From positions 13,796,485-13,860,484 of the forward strand of contig NC_134027.1 of assembly GCF_964204645.1 (NCBI RefSeq): a stretch of 64,000 nucleotides of DNA. The letters run 5' to 3'. This document shows, one piece after another, positions 38,228-51,384 of this stretch; position 1 is the stretch's first letter; each line of letters begins with the position of its first letter. The stretch comes from Tubulanus polymorphus. Its lineage: Eukaryota > Animalia > Nemertea. The position numbers and the translations under genes were made by a program. The notes under the pieces are model-generated. The model did no database searches. It was given only the letters and a program-made list of their open reading frames with translations, and was not told the origin of the DNA.

Positions 38228-38661
38228 ATCAAAATATAATATTTCGATATGTTTTTCCCCAAAAAGTGCTTGTAAAACATTATAATAAAAATCATACATT
38301 CATAATTTTGACACTTCTAAAACAGTTGAACCTATAAATATTGGTTTATCAAATTTAATTGTCATTCTTTTTAATTTTACTGCTGTTAAATAATCTTCAA
38401 ATCGTTTATTTCCTAAATGTCTAGGACTTTAATTTAAAAAAGTCTTTTTCAAAATCTGTATTTGATATGGTTCTCTGTTGAGTGTTGAAATCTATATTTT
38501 TCTAACCATTTCGATTGGTTAAATTCAATATATCTATGAACTTTTTTTAATTTCATTCCTGGTTGTAAATAAAAATTTACCAGTATATAAAGAGCAATAT
38601 AATTATATTCATTATTTTTTGTTAATATTAATTTTTCTTTAAAAACATGATCTTTCGGTTT
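38171..38661 (-). pseudogene. Second Polinton pPolB remnant, downstream piece (up to motif C)
   Basis: KPKDHVFKEKL, KKVHRYIEFNQSKWLEK, IGSTVLEVSKL and MYDFYYNVLQALFGEKHIEILYFD align with the first Polinton's pPolB. Confidence 0.88.
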
Positions 38662-39887
38662 TATTAGGGTTTTCTGTTACATCACAGAAAACCCTATTGA
38701 GATTCGCGTGTTTCTTATTATTATTAGGGTTTTCTGTTACATCACAGAAAACCCTATTGAGATTCGCGTGTTTCTTATTATTATTATTATTATTATTATT
38801 TTTTCCACACATTTTTTGTCAAAAGTACATAGGCTTTTTTACATTACCGCTGTTGCCGATACAATCCGTCTGATATCATTCAGCTCAGTTCGATCTACAA
38901 ATACTCCGTGCGAATTTTGAAGAATCAACGTTACAAAAGCACTGTCGGGCCGTAAACTTCGAAAATTGAGCCCCATTCAAAGAGCCGACATGTTTTTCTA
39001 AGTCGTCTTTCCGAAATCTACCGCACGTTTCTTGTCACATCGATTATCAATTCAAGCATAAATTAACAAATTTATTACCGAAAGATTGCACATTCTGTCG
39101 CGGTTTTTAAAAACTAATTTTAACAGTAACCCATTTTCCTCATCAAATTATATTACTGATAAACAGGAAATTTACTACTTTACATTTTAAAAGCACTGTC
39201 GAGCCGTAAACATCGACAAATCGACGTGTGTCACTACATCGTCGTTCCGGGAATCAGCTGCGAGTTTCTTCTCATTCTGAGAATCAAATCGAGTACAAAT
39301 TAATTTATTACTACCAGTGATTTGGCTGCGGGCGTCAAATAGTTAATTTAGCGATACCTATTTTTCTTTACCAAATTTACCGTGTCTTTACTAAGATAAA
39401 TCATAAGTATACCGGGGAGTCGTAGGCCTAAACGAAACACGCCGAAGTGATATAGCGGAGAAAAGATGTTATGTCGACGAGGTATCAAAATTAAAGAATA
39501 TATTACTTTATTCGGCCGCGGCCCTCATTATCAATACCATCAATACTCTATATTTCCTACAGTACATACCGATCATTGTCAAATGCACAAGGTATTTACT
39601 AAATACAAGTATATAACCGGTTCCTGAACTTCGCTGAAAAAGCTGAATCACTGAAACGCTGAAATAAAAACGCTGAAATTTCAGGGAATTTCCGAAAAAC
39701 GCCGAAATTTCAGGGAATTCCCGAAAAACGCTGAAATCGTGCTAGGTACCAACAATACACGTTTTGAAATATTTTCCGGGCCGGTGTCCGCTGCCGAGTC
39801 CTGAACCGTGTTTTAGTCTCTACCTTCGGTTACAGAGACACGCATGGACAGTATGTGTGGAGTATACTTCTAGAGGGCCACTTGTTG

Positions 39888-41545
39888 GCAAAAGGTAGAA
39901 AGTTTCTAATGTCCGATCGACAGTACCGGTAGCGCCGCTACTTAGCAATAATAAGAACTAATGTTATTGACGATGTTTTGTTAAGTTGAAAGACGCCGAG
40001 TACCAGTATATATCCGATAGGTTCGAATCCCCAATTTCTTCGGGATGTTTTGATTTTAAAATAGCGATCGTTTTAATAGATTTGGTCTGATTTGGTGTAC
40101 CTTATTAAACTTACCCACGGCACCACACCTGCCGGATGTGAAACAGGGGACGTCCTATTCCAATATTGACGCAAAAGATTTAGTGTCAATTTTATAGTAC
40201 TGTAACGGCGGTATGAATTAAATTCAGCTTATAGACTGAGAGTTATTTTAAGGCAAACTCTAATGGGCTGTTTTGCACATCGTCGAAAGACTTCTCATCC
40301 ATCGATACTTGATAAAAATGAAATAAAACATCTAGTTCCAATTATCTCATGTAAGCGTAACATTTATTTTGAAAATCTCAACCATACATCAAAACATTTT
40401 AAAGCCTTCTATATCAAATGCAATCTTTTGCTAACATAAACAATGGACAAATGGCCATATCTCTATCATATTAATTATATCACGAATGCAAAATATTGCG
40501 ATATTAATTGAAATCGTTCAACCAACAAATGAATTTAGTTAACATATCATCACAAACCATTCATATCCTTGGCAAAGGACTTATAAGCTTTTAGAATATC
40601 CAAACAGGAAAACTTTAGTCTCATTTCTATGCGAGTAGAAATACATTATCATTATAACATCCATATCGTTGCATTATATATAACATCCATATCTTTGCAT
40701 TATATATATGTTTATAATGTCATATCTCTTAATAATAATCAATCCAATAATTGAATCAATAATACTAATTCATTTATAAATCAATAATTGATAATTAAAC
40801 TATCAACTCTGCTATAATTGAGTTACACATGAGGTAAAAAAATTATGACATAAAAACTCCTGTCAGAGTAATAGAAGTAACAGTCTAATATCTATTTATT
40901 AATTGATGAGACCTGTTTTTCTGGGATATTTTGCTTACTTTTTGGGGTACATACCTCATTTATGTCTTAACAGAATGCCAAAAACGCGGACAACAACTGA
41001 ATATCCGATATATTTCCAGTTCTGTACCAATTAGATGGATTGGCAAAAAGACTCCTTAAGTCCAGTTGAATGAGAGAGAAAATCCTCCATTTTGTCAAAT
41101 TTCTTGGATTTGAACATTGTTACCATGCCTACGCCACCCTGATTTAGTTGTTGAGACCCCACAAGAAAAATAACTTCATTTCGTAGGCATGGTGACAATG
41201 TAAAAATTCAAGAAATTTGACAAAATGAAACATTAATTAATACATGAAATAAAACATTTTATACAATGAACTGAGCTCTGAATCTGATGAAAATATTCAA
41301 TCTGAGATCTTGCGAATGATGTTATTTTAGCCCTCTACTTCTGAAAACTGAATAGCGCGCTGTGAACTTCAACTTCAAAACAAATTTGCTGAACAGCAGT
41401 GTATCGAAAAACTGTACGTACAGTGCACTGCGAACTGAACACGGCGTCCTCTCACTTAGAAAATTATCGACTTGACAGATTAGTTCGATTTTCGACCGCA
41501 GCGGCGCTATACGACATTGGACAAAAGAAACTTTCTACCTTTTGC
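39888..41545. mobile_element. Nested non-autonomous TIR element (~1.66 kb)
   Basis: TIR GCAAAAGGTAGAAAGTTTCT at both ends; flanking duplication CACTTGTTG, extendable to CCACTTGTTGG. Confidence 0.75.
41088..41227. repeat. 46-bp inverted repeat with ~48-bp spacer
   Basis: CATTTTGTCAAATTTCTTGG..CCATGCCTACG / CGTAGGCATGG..AAGAAATTTGACAAAATG. Confidence 0.8.
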
Positions 41546-43695
41546 CACTTGTTGGACAAATTAATTCGCTTGAAATCCGGATTTTTAATGCATACAGGCA
41601 GCATAATGAGGAAAACCCATTAACAAACCGTGCAAGCCAACTTAAACACTATGCTCAATATTCCCTGCAAGACGCAAAATATCTTATTTGAACGTTCATG
41701 TATAAAACATGGAGCAACTTTTCTTTTGTCAACACGTTGATGGGCGACGGACTATGTCATTATGGTATTCTCTGAAGGAGGTAAATTAAATTTGACAGCT
41801 AGTTATATAAATGATGCAGCTTTTGGACAAAAGGGATCTAACTAAATTTCTTTTTAATTCACTGTGGAATGGAATGGAATGGATTGACGCCAACGGCATG
41901 CAGTAGGCCCCTACGTATGGGTCATACTGATTAGCGTCAACCAATTAATCTAAATCGGGCTAACCATTCAACAACTGTGAATAATTTATTTGCTGTGGCG
42001 TGATAATAATTAGCTTTTTTGAAGAAATGACATACCAACTGTTAGAAAAATGTACCGATTCTTATTTTTAGACTACTACTGAATCTATAAAAGGAGGAGT
42101 CATAGACAAAGTTGATTTGCTTAGCTGGTGACACTTCTTGTCAAGTACATCATCTCAAGTACTGGGTGTTTTGTAAGTTTAATTTCAGTATTTATTTACT
42201 AAGTGCTGTTCTCTCGGACCTCAGTGCTTTCAAACTAGGCCCACCCCATAGGCTATATAGTCCAGGGTGTATTAGCCACTATTCTTTTATATCCGACTAA
42301 AATGCACCTTTTTCTATTTTTAGATTCAGGCTTAGAATGTGCAAATTTTTTGAGATACTGAGAAATCAGATGGCACCAGTAAACTTCAACTGCGAAATTT
42401 GCAGCAGGATAGCTGAACGACACAATTTTTAAAAATAAAATGGCTATTCTAATGCTATTTCAATAATAACTTGAGTCAACCAGAGAGAAATAAGTCAATT
42501 GCGGATGTACAGTACACCCACTTTTCTTCCCTGTTTCCTGGTACCAAATTTTTAGTCTTAAGCTAAGCGATATTCTAAGGTATACTAGTGGATTTCATTA
42601 GAATATGAAGCAATGGAACCAGAATTCTAGCCAGAGTTAAGCGAACTATTGATTCTGATATAGCCTAATGTAAGAACTGATTTCCTTTGTGTACTCTTGC
42701 AGAATATGTATTATTTCAAGCTGTTAAATAATATAGTTAGACAAATGTCCAATTATTGGAACTTTCTTGTTGACTCGTTTAATTTTGTGAGTTAAGAGTT
42801 CCAGTCAATCCACAATGTGCAGTGCCTAGCCTTCATCTACACTAAAGCCATGCCTGTGTATGGGAAAAAAATATCGTTCGACTCCTATAGGCCAGACACA
42901 TCAAAGCATGCAATACATTGCAGATAGTAGTCTCCGGCAAGTCGAAAGAGAAAGTAAACCAGGTTTTACCCCGTATCCTACCCGGGAACAAAGACACTTA
43001 AAGATTCCTTCCTCCTTGTAGAAATTGTAGAAATATGGCACCCAATTGTAGCAATGCTAAGTACAGTATACTATGACGGTTGAACCTTTATTAACGAATT
43101 TCAATGACACCGAAAATAGAATCAAAATAATCATTAGTTCCATGCTATGTTAGCACTTAATTTGGGTTATCAGGTTCAGCCTAACTGTACTTTCATTCAG
43201 CTACTACTTGTATGAGACTTGGCAATGATAAGTTGCAAGAAATCACCAAACATAAGAAAAAATATTGTGAATTAATATTACTGTGATTAAGAATTTATTC
43301 AAATGAAGTGATAACTTCATTGTTAGATCGTACCGGTATACGCACATAAAACTATGGCAAAAAACACATCTAACAATCCACGCAATCCGCAATCGATCAA
43401 GTCGATCATGACGACGACCTTAAGGCATGTCTCTGTAACCGAAGGTAGAGCATAAAACACGGTTCAGGACTCGTCAGCGGACACCGGCCCGGAAAACATT
43501 TCAAAACGTGTATTGTCGGTACCTAGCACGATTTCAGCGTTTTTCGGGAATGGGGCTCGCCGCGCTGAGCGCTGCCGCGAGATGGCGCGCGCGTGTTAGT
43601 GGCCCTAGTGATTTGAATTTGAATTGTAAACAACATTTTATTCATCTCCGCGTTCGAGCGAATTGACGATTTGAAAAGCGCTTGAATCTATTATA

Positions 43696-45398
43696 ATGCC
43701 TCGCTATTGTTGTGTACCCCTTTGTAAGTCAAGAGTAGGCGGATTTAAGTTCCCTACGAACACAGATTTGAAAATGAAATGGCTTGTTGCGATAAAACGA
43801 CTACAGAGTAGCGAGAAATCTGCAAAATTATGGCAGCCATCGGATACAGCTATCGTATGCCATCGACATTTTTTACCAACGGACTATAAACAGACACTTA
43901 CCGGTAAATATGGCTTTCCTATTGAGTTTTCCAACTAAGGTGAAATAAGCGGTCAAGATCCAAGGCAGGCTGATTCGTTTAGGCCTCAGCTTGGGCCTAT
44001 CGATATTATGCAATGTCGATGTTTTGAACTTTTTTTAAAAAGCCAGGCGCTTATTTTCATATCATCATAGTAGTTTGTTGATAACAGGATAATGATATAA
44101 CTCAATTATGATAATAACAACAATAGGCCTAATAATTTATGTGGTAGATTTATCTTTTTAATTTAAAGGTTGTTGACTTGACTGGCAGCTGTTGATCTTT
44201 GAGTAGAAATATGTTTTTTTCTTTATGTGTTTCAGGTTCTAGAAGAAAATTAAAAGAGAATGCCATTCCGCGTATATTTGCCTTCACACCACCAGTTTCC
44301 TCAGATTCAGAGAGAGAAAGTAGAGCCAGTCGGCGAAGATTAAAACTGGAGGAAGAACCTGTACACCATGACATAGCCACTGAAGTTGAAATAGGCCTAC
44401 AACATACCAGCAATTACAGAATGGACATAATAGAGGAACCAACCAATAAAAACACTAACTTGGATAAGAATATTCAGTGTTCCCTCCTTTCAGATCAATT
44501 TTTCTGTATCGAGAGATTTATGGTGGATCCTAGGTCGATCAAATATTACACCAGTTTTAAAGACTATGAACATTTGATGATGTTTTTCAGTGTACTAGGA
44601 CCTGCTGCGTACGATTTGAATTACAAATGTCAGAAACTAACACCGGTCAATCAATTTTTCTTGACATTAATCAAATTAAGGCGTGCCAAGGAAGATATAG
44701 AACTGAGTATTCTGTTCGGCATATCAGAGAGTGTAGTTTCTAGGATTGTGTTAACCTGGGTAAACTTCATGTATTTCCAATTAAGTGAAATCAATACATG
44801 GCCAGAGAGAGAAGAGATAGACTGTTTCATGCCCAGTGGCTTTAAGCATCATTTTCCGTCAACCAGAGTTATTTTAGATGCTACAGAGATTCCAATTGAA
44901 AAGCCGTCGAATGTAAAATCTCAAACTGCAACTTTCAGCACATACAAACATAAGAACACGCTTAAAACTATGGTTGGAATATCACCGAGAGGGGTCGTTA
45001 GTTATGTAAGTGAAAGTTATGCGGGTTCAACAAGTGACCGACAAATCATTGAACGATCCCAGCTGTGTTCAAACACCTCAAAATACTTCAGCTCGAATGA
45101 CAGCATCATGGCCGATAGAGGTATAATGGTACAAGATCTTTTTGCTACCAAGAACATTAAGGTGAACACCCCAACTTTATTGAAGGGCAAGAGTCAACTT
45201 GAACCTGAACAAGTAGTTCATGATCGTAGAGTAGCCAGTAAACGCATCCAAGTAGAAAGAGTAATCGGATTGTCAAAAACTTTTCTTATTTTGAAAAAAG
45301 ACCTGCCGCTTAGTAAAGTCAATATGGGTTCTAGGATAGTTTATGTTTGTTTCAGTATAAGCAATTTCAGACCAGCTATTGTGAACGAATTTGCTTAA
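43696..45398 (+). CDS. THAP-HTH-DDE transposase, 456 aa, exons 43696-43903 and 44236-45398, intact
   Basis: THAP motif CCVPLC..FP..W..CHRHF..AIP completed across a GT-AG intron; ILDATEIPIEKP, GSTSD, MADRG, RIQVERVIG. Confidence 0.9.
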
Positions 45399-46119
45399 CC
45401 TTATTGTTAATGTCTGTTAATTGATATCTAAAGTATATATTTTTGAGTTTTGTTTTGAGATTCATCGAAACCCCTGCTTTAAAGAAACATCATTGTTTCT
45501 CTTAATAGATTATTTAGGTAAATCCCAAATTCTTAGATATCAATTATGGGCCTGGACTGTAATTAATTGTCTGTCGTTGATATTCAAAATCTGTGCGCAA
45601 TATAACCTATTTCACTTTGACTTAATCCACTCTTTTGCAGTGTTTTCAATTCAAAGGACAAACTAATTTTCATTCCAGTAACAAACCCTTTTATTGATTT
45701 AAAACTGGTAAAAACCAAAAATACAACAACGCTACATAAAATCTTTTTAAAATGCATGATAACACAGATATTTTATGTAAAATGGAAGAGTTTGAGTTTT
45801 GGGACTAAAGCATTCATGCCATAGTCAGGCGCAGCACATAATGAAATAATAAATAATCATGGTAATGAAATATGGTCAGAAAAGGAGTAAATCATTAATT
45901 TTCAAACTTTTGACCCACCATCGTCAGTAATTATGCATATAACTACACAACCTGACAAGTATATCTGTTTGAAATAACTATATATGATAAAAAATATTGA
46001 TAATAGATGATAAAAAATATTAAAACTTAAAAGTATCAACAAATAGTAAGCCGATATTGACATGAAATCTATATCATACAATTGGGATGTACATGTATTT
46101 ACAAATTTAGTTGTATGAA

Positions 46120-48394
46120 GAAACAATTTCACCGAAACGAGATGCAGTTAATCGTAGCTGCCTTTCCTGAAACCATTGACTAGATTCTGCCTGCTTCCTA
46201 GTACTCCTTTCTAGTAATATTGCCTGTGTTTCATTTAACTGAAAAGGCAAAATGGAATATTAATTATAAGCACAGAGGGAAGGATAACATAGGTCACTCT
46301 CAGACACGTTGATTAAAAACTTACCTTAATAGAGTTTTCCACCCAATATTCAAGCAAAGTTTTTTTCAGATAATCATGGTCAATTGCTGCTGTTTTGATA
46401 TCGGCTTTCTTGTACTTATACTTGATGGGTAGGTCTAAAGACGATACAGAGCAGTAATTAAGGACAATTCCCCGGACATAATCCTCGTATCCAGCTGATT
46501 TCCGGTATTTCACAGGCCTTGGATCCTCCATTGATACCTCGCGTTTCTTTGATTTTGATAGAGGTAAGTCACCAGCCTTGACAGGGGAACCTGTTAAGAA
46601 GTGACGGGTAAATTTAAACAAGGTCACAGCCGAGCTAAAAATTGAAAACCAAGTACATTATGTAAAACATTGCCATTACATCAGAATTTATAAAAAATAA
46701 GATATATAGGGTACGAATTTGCTGAATGGTGGCGATGTAACCAAACAACTTACCAGTATAAACAGACTTGGGCTTATGGAATGTTTGTAGATTTTCCGTA
46801 CACGATTTAAGTATTTCGGGAGCGTTAGGCCCATCTGATGACACAAAATTAGCAAACATCAAAAGTACAGCCGCGACATGCTTACAGGTCCCATTAGGAC
46901 CCTTACCGGCAGGGCACTCACAATGGCTGTTTCTGAATTCACCAGTTGTTTGAGACAATGATATCTGGTACGAGTATGAGATCTGCAATGAAATATAAAA
47001 ATAAACTAATCAACAATGTTTGCTACATTACAACCTTTTAAGAATACAGTTGTATTGCAGATTTATGTGGATTTAAAGGAGGGAATATTGTGTTATTTTG
47101 ATGAAATATAAAACTGGCCTACCTTTTTTTTCATAGCAGCACCAACTAATCCAGTCAGATAAACAATTCCGCTTTTGATGAGAATACTGCAGGCTTGAAC
47201 ACGTTGCGATTCTATGAGCTGCTGACCCTTCTCAATAGCTTTAATGTCTTTGGTACAGTGGTTGTCCATTGCCATTCTATACGTGAAATATGCAGTTACT
47301 GTGTCAATATTGAATTTTGGCAATACAATCTTATGATCATTTGTAAGCTGTTTGAAACCGCATGTGGGCCATTCCGGAACTGTTTCTTGTGGTAATGTTA
47401 TGGCCGGTCCCCTAAAATCGTTGTTACGGCCGTATGCTTCTAATCTGCAATGAACACGAAATAATCATGAAATATAAACATCTAATGTCAAAAATCATTC
47501 AATCAACTAACAGAAAGTTGACCCAGAGTTGAAATGTTACATCGAAATGATTACTCCAAGCATGGACGTCTATACGTCCATGGTCATACAGATTTGTATT
47601 TAACTCAACTGTGTTGTGGTAAGAAGGTATATAAGTAAGGTATTCAGTTTACCGTCACCTCAAGTTGATCAGGGTTCTGACTATAATTCCAATAACATAT
47701 AAAAATTCAATAGAGACTAGACACAGCAGCAGACATGTCCAATGATTTATGGATACATTGGCAGTAAAATTTGGCATCAGCTTCAATTCATGTTCGATAG
47801 ATGGCGCCAGTGGTAACTCAGCTGTTGCGATGGTTAGCTGACAAGGCGTCCTACATCCCGATAATAATCCCTACATTTCAAGATATAAACATTGCCATCT
47901 AAACTTCTCAAGGCAATCATAATATCAAATAGTGATTTAAAAAACGTTTTATCGATGACTTTTATGTGCATTATGTTTATTTTCCGGACATGAAAACCGA
48001 AAAATAATGAAAGATATCGCGGGACGGGACGCGTGGGACCGGCCATAGCCATCCTCGCAGCCCGGGCTGGTGACGGTAAACTTGTACTATACCCTGACCC
48101 ACAACCCACTGAGGTTTAGCTTTCATCTCTGGATCTATTAAAACACGTTCATTTCACTTGAGCATAGGTCTAGAATCATCGATGATTTTGGCAAAAAATC
48201 ACTGTTGATTCCATGATCATTGCAACATTTTTGCGCAGACTAAACGACTGAACACCATCAACCGCATGGAAATATGATCGACATTTAAATTACCTTTCAA
48301 TTAGGTTGATTTTCCTCCCATAGGTTACCGCACCTCGTCGGCTTAACTCTTGTTTCAGCTTCGGTACAGTCCATGACCCGTAATTCTCTGACAT
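46120..48394 (-). pseudogene. ISL2EU ORF2: SAP, SWIM finger and YqaJ exonuclease N-terminus (exons 48394-48294, 47444-47123, 46982-46754, 46590-46325, 46238-~46120); nuclease core missing
   Basis: WTVPKLKQELSRRG..GRKINLIERL (SAP); CECPAG..CKH (SWIM); TRKQAESSQWFQERQLRLTASRFGEI (YqaJ start) then a stop. GT-AG junctions keep the frame. Confidence 0.82.
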
Positions 48395-48518
48395 TATTAC
48401 AATTTAAAAGTAGGAAATCGAGCGCGGAAGTGAGCGGAAGTCGATACGCGATGGCTACTAACGCACACACGCCACCTGGTGTCCATAGCGACGGCGAGCC
48501 CCATTCCCTGAAATTTTG

Positions 48519-51066
48519 AGTGAAGTCAATCTTAAGAATCAGCAGAACATGGCGTCACAAGCCCCGGGGCTTGTCACGCCATATCTGACATGGCGTCACA
48601 AGCCCCGAGTAAAATGCAGACTATATATAATTCACGCGGAACGAAGATATATGTTCGCGTCGAACAGACCACGTTTTTAAGTCCGATACGACGTGTAAAA
48701 CCTGAATGATATAATTTCAAGTACCGGTATGTCAATGTGTAATGAATTTCTATTTTTTCTTAACTTATTGTCTAAACGTATACACAGTACCGGTACTTAT
48801 ACATTATTTTGAAGTATCCGTTCAGTGCAACCACTTTGAAAGAAAATTATATCCCTTTTTTACTTAAGATTTTTATGTAAAATTCTTCGAATATGTTTTT
48901 TGCAGGTTTCCGTTATGGTGCGAGACGATCAGGAGATCATCAGCTACATTTACCAAAGCGATTTTTTGTATATTTTTACATATGAACAAAATAAAAACAA
49001 CGATTTATAAACTTTCTAAGACTTAATGATTGTTGTACTACTGATTGAAATTTAAGATAATCAGTCACAATTATTCATTTATTTCTACGGAAATCCGATC
49101 GGGTCCTCTCACGCCATGAAAATTGAAGCTATTCTGCAGACCATTTAGGGCTCGATACGCCATATTGGCTGCTGAACATTTGGGGCCTGACACGCATAGA
49201 AGACAAATCGCGATTTTTTTAGCAGTATTTGTTTTGTTTTATAAGACTTTATGATTATGAACAATATATATAAATAATTGAAACTAAAGATATAATTAGT
49301 GGCAATTAGTTGCTTCCATAGAAAACTGATCGGGTCCTCTCACGCCATATTGGCGGCAGAACACTTTGGGGCCTGACACGCCATGTAGAAGACAGCGTGA
49401 TTTTAGGAGCTTTTTGAAACAATATTTGCCTTTTTTTCTAAGTCTAAATGATTGACAAACCATGTATAATGATCAATCTTTGAATATTCATGAAAATTAT
49501 TCATCAATTGAAGCTACTCTGCAGACCGTTCGGGGCCTGACGCCATATTGGCTGCAGAACATCTGGGGCCTGACACGCCATGTAGGAGACAGCGTGATTT
49601 TAGGAGCTTTTTGAAACAATATTTGTCTTTTTTCTAAGTCTAAAGGATTGACAAACCATATAGTATGATAAATCTTTGAACATTTAACACAATTAATGAC
49701 AATTATTCATTTGTTTGTACGGAAAACCGTTCGGGTCCTCTCACGCCATGTCTCAATTGAAGCTATTCTGCAGACCATTTGGGGCCTGACACGCCATATT
49801 GGCTGCAGAACATTCGGGGCTTGACACGCCATAGAAGACAAATCGCGGTTTTTCTAGCAGTATTTGTTTTGTTTTCTATCACTTTGTGATTGTCAAATCA
49901 TGAACAATATATAACTAATTGAAACTAAAGATATAATTAGTGACAATTAATTGCTTCCATAGAAAACCGATCGGGTCCTCTAACGCCATATTGGCTGCAG
50001 AACATTTGGGGCCTGACACGCCATGTAGAAGACAACGTGATTTTAGGAGTTTTTTGTAACAGTATTTGCTTTTTTCTAAGACTAAATGATTGACAAACCA
50101 TATAGTATGATTAATCTTTGAACATTTAAGAGAATTAGTGACAATTATTCATTTGTTTGTAGGAAAACCGATCGGGTCCTCTCACGCCATGTTTCAATTG
50201 AAGCTTTTCTGCAGACCATTTGGGGCCTGACACGCCATGTAGAAGGCTTAGTGATTTTAGGAGCCATATTGACTGCAGATCACACTAGATTGGAGCCTGG
50301 CTCACCATACATGTTTTTCTAACATTATCTATGTTCTTCTAAGACTAATTGATCAACAAATCATGTGAAATAGATGAATGATTCATTGAAATGTAAGATA
50401 GTTCATTAAAATTTTTATTCTGTAAAACTCATTCAGTAGATATGTAATGTTTTTGTATTTTTCATATGCTGGCGAAATATGTGATTGTTTAAATTGTGTT
50501 TCAAAATAAAGTGTGTACACTGCATTAGATTAACAAACAACGATCAATTTCTATTCTGTAAAACTCATTTTGTAAATATGTATGCCAGTGAAGTAGGATA
50601 AGATAAGTTTTTAATTGTGTTTTAAGTGTAAAATGTTTTCAATCTATCAATACATTCCGTAAATAGATATGTTAAGTTTTACCTTACCCTGGTATTTTCC
50701 TGTTCCATCAGATTCTTACAAAATAAGAAATTCATATCAAATAAAGTTTGATTCAAACATTACTCGTTATAAGTTATTGATTAAAAATAATCTTCTGAAT
50801 CAAATCATTTTCATATATGCGATGTAATATGTAGTTCTTATTATGTATATATAGTACGTTGTAAATCATCTATGACAAATAAATATCCAATCGAATATTT
50901 CAACTTCGGAAGAAAAACCCGTGAGACGTAGTCAACGTTTCATCTCCTGCATAGGATTTGATTTTCATTTTATGTTTACCACATGGCGTGTCAGGCCCCA
51001 ATATGGCGTGACAAGCCTCGGGGCTTGTGACGCCATATGCAGCAGGTCTTAAGATTGCCCTAGATG
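48519..51066. mobile_element. Non-autonomous TIR element with internal GGGGCCTGACACGCCAT repeats
   Basis: Subterminal IR CAATCTTAAGA..ATGGCGTCACAAGCCCCG(G/A)GGCTTGTCACGCCATAT; flanked by GAAATTTTG (48510-48518 and 51067-51075); superfamily unresolved. Confidence 0.75.
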
Positions 51067-51384
51067 GAAATTTTGGCGTTTTTCGGAAATTCCCTGAAAT
51101 TTCAGCGTTTTTATTTCAGCGTTTCAGCTTTTCAGTGTTTCAGCTTTTTCAGCGAAGTTCAGGAACCGGTATATAACACACTCCTATCCGTATGCTGACT
51201 CACACTTGACATTCGGAGTAAGCGTTCGCTGTGGGGGAAAGGAGATCGTTCGCTGTGTAGCTTGTGTTTATCGAGTTTTAGGCGACCTTAAAGCTTTAGT
51301 ATGGTGGCTGATAAGATAAATAACACGAATATGCAAATAAGGGCGACATTACGACAAAACTAAAATAACGCGAGAAAACAATGA

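Larger units (their letters stand above)
43552..48502. mobile_element. ISL2EU-type (PIF/Harbinger group) DNA transposon, 4.95 kb
   Basis: TIR GGGGCTCGCCG (imperfect to ~55 bp); 2-bp AT TSD (43550-43551 and 48503-48504); two convergent genes. Confidence 0.9.
39618..51168. mobile_element. Non-autonomous foldback/Mutator-like DNA transposon with ~225-bp TIRs; right TIR split by two insertions
   Basis: CGGTTCCTGAACTTCGCTGAAAAAGCTGAA at both ends. TSD GTATATAAC (39609-39617 and 51169-51177), single in the empty site near 56886. The inner part of the right TIR is at 43425-43551. Confidence 0.85.
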
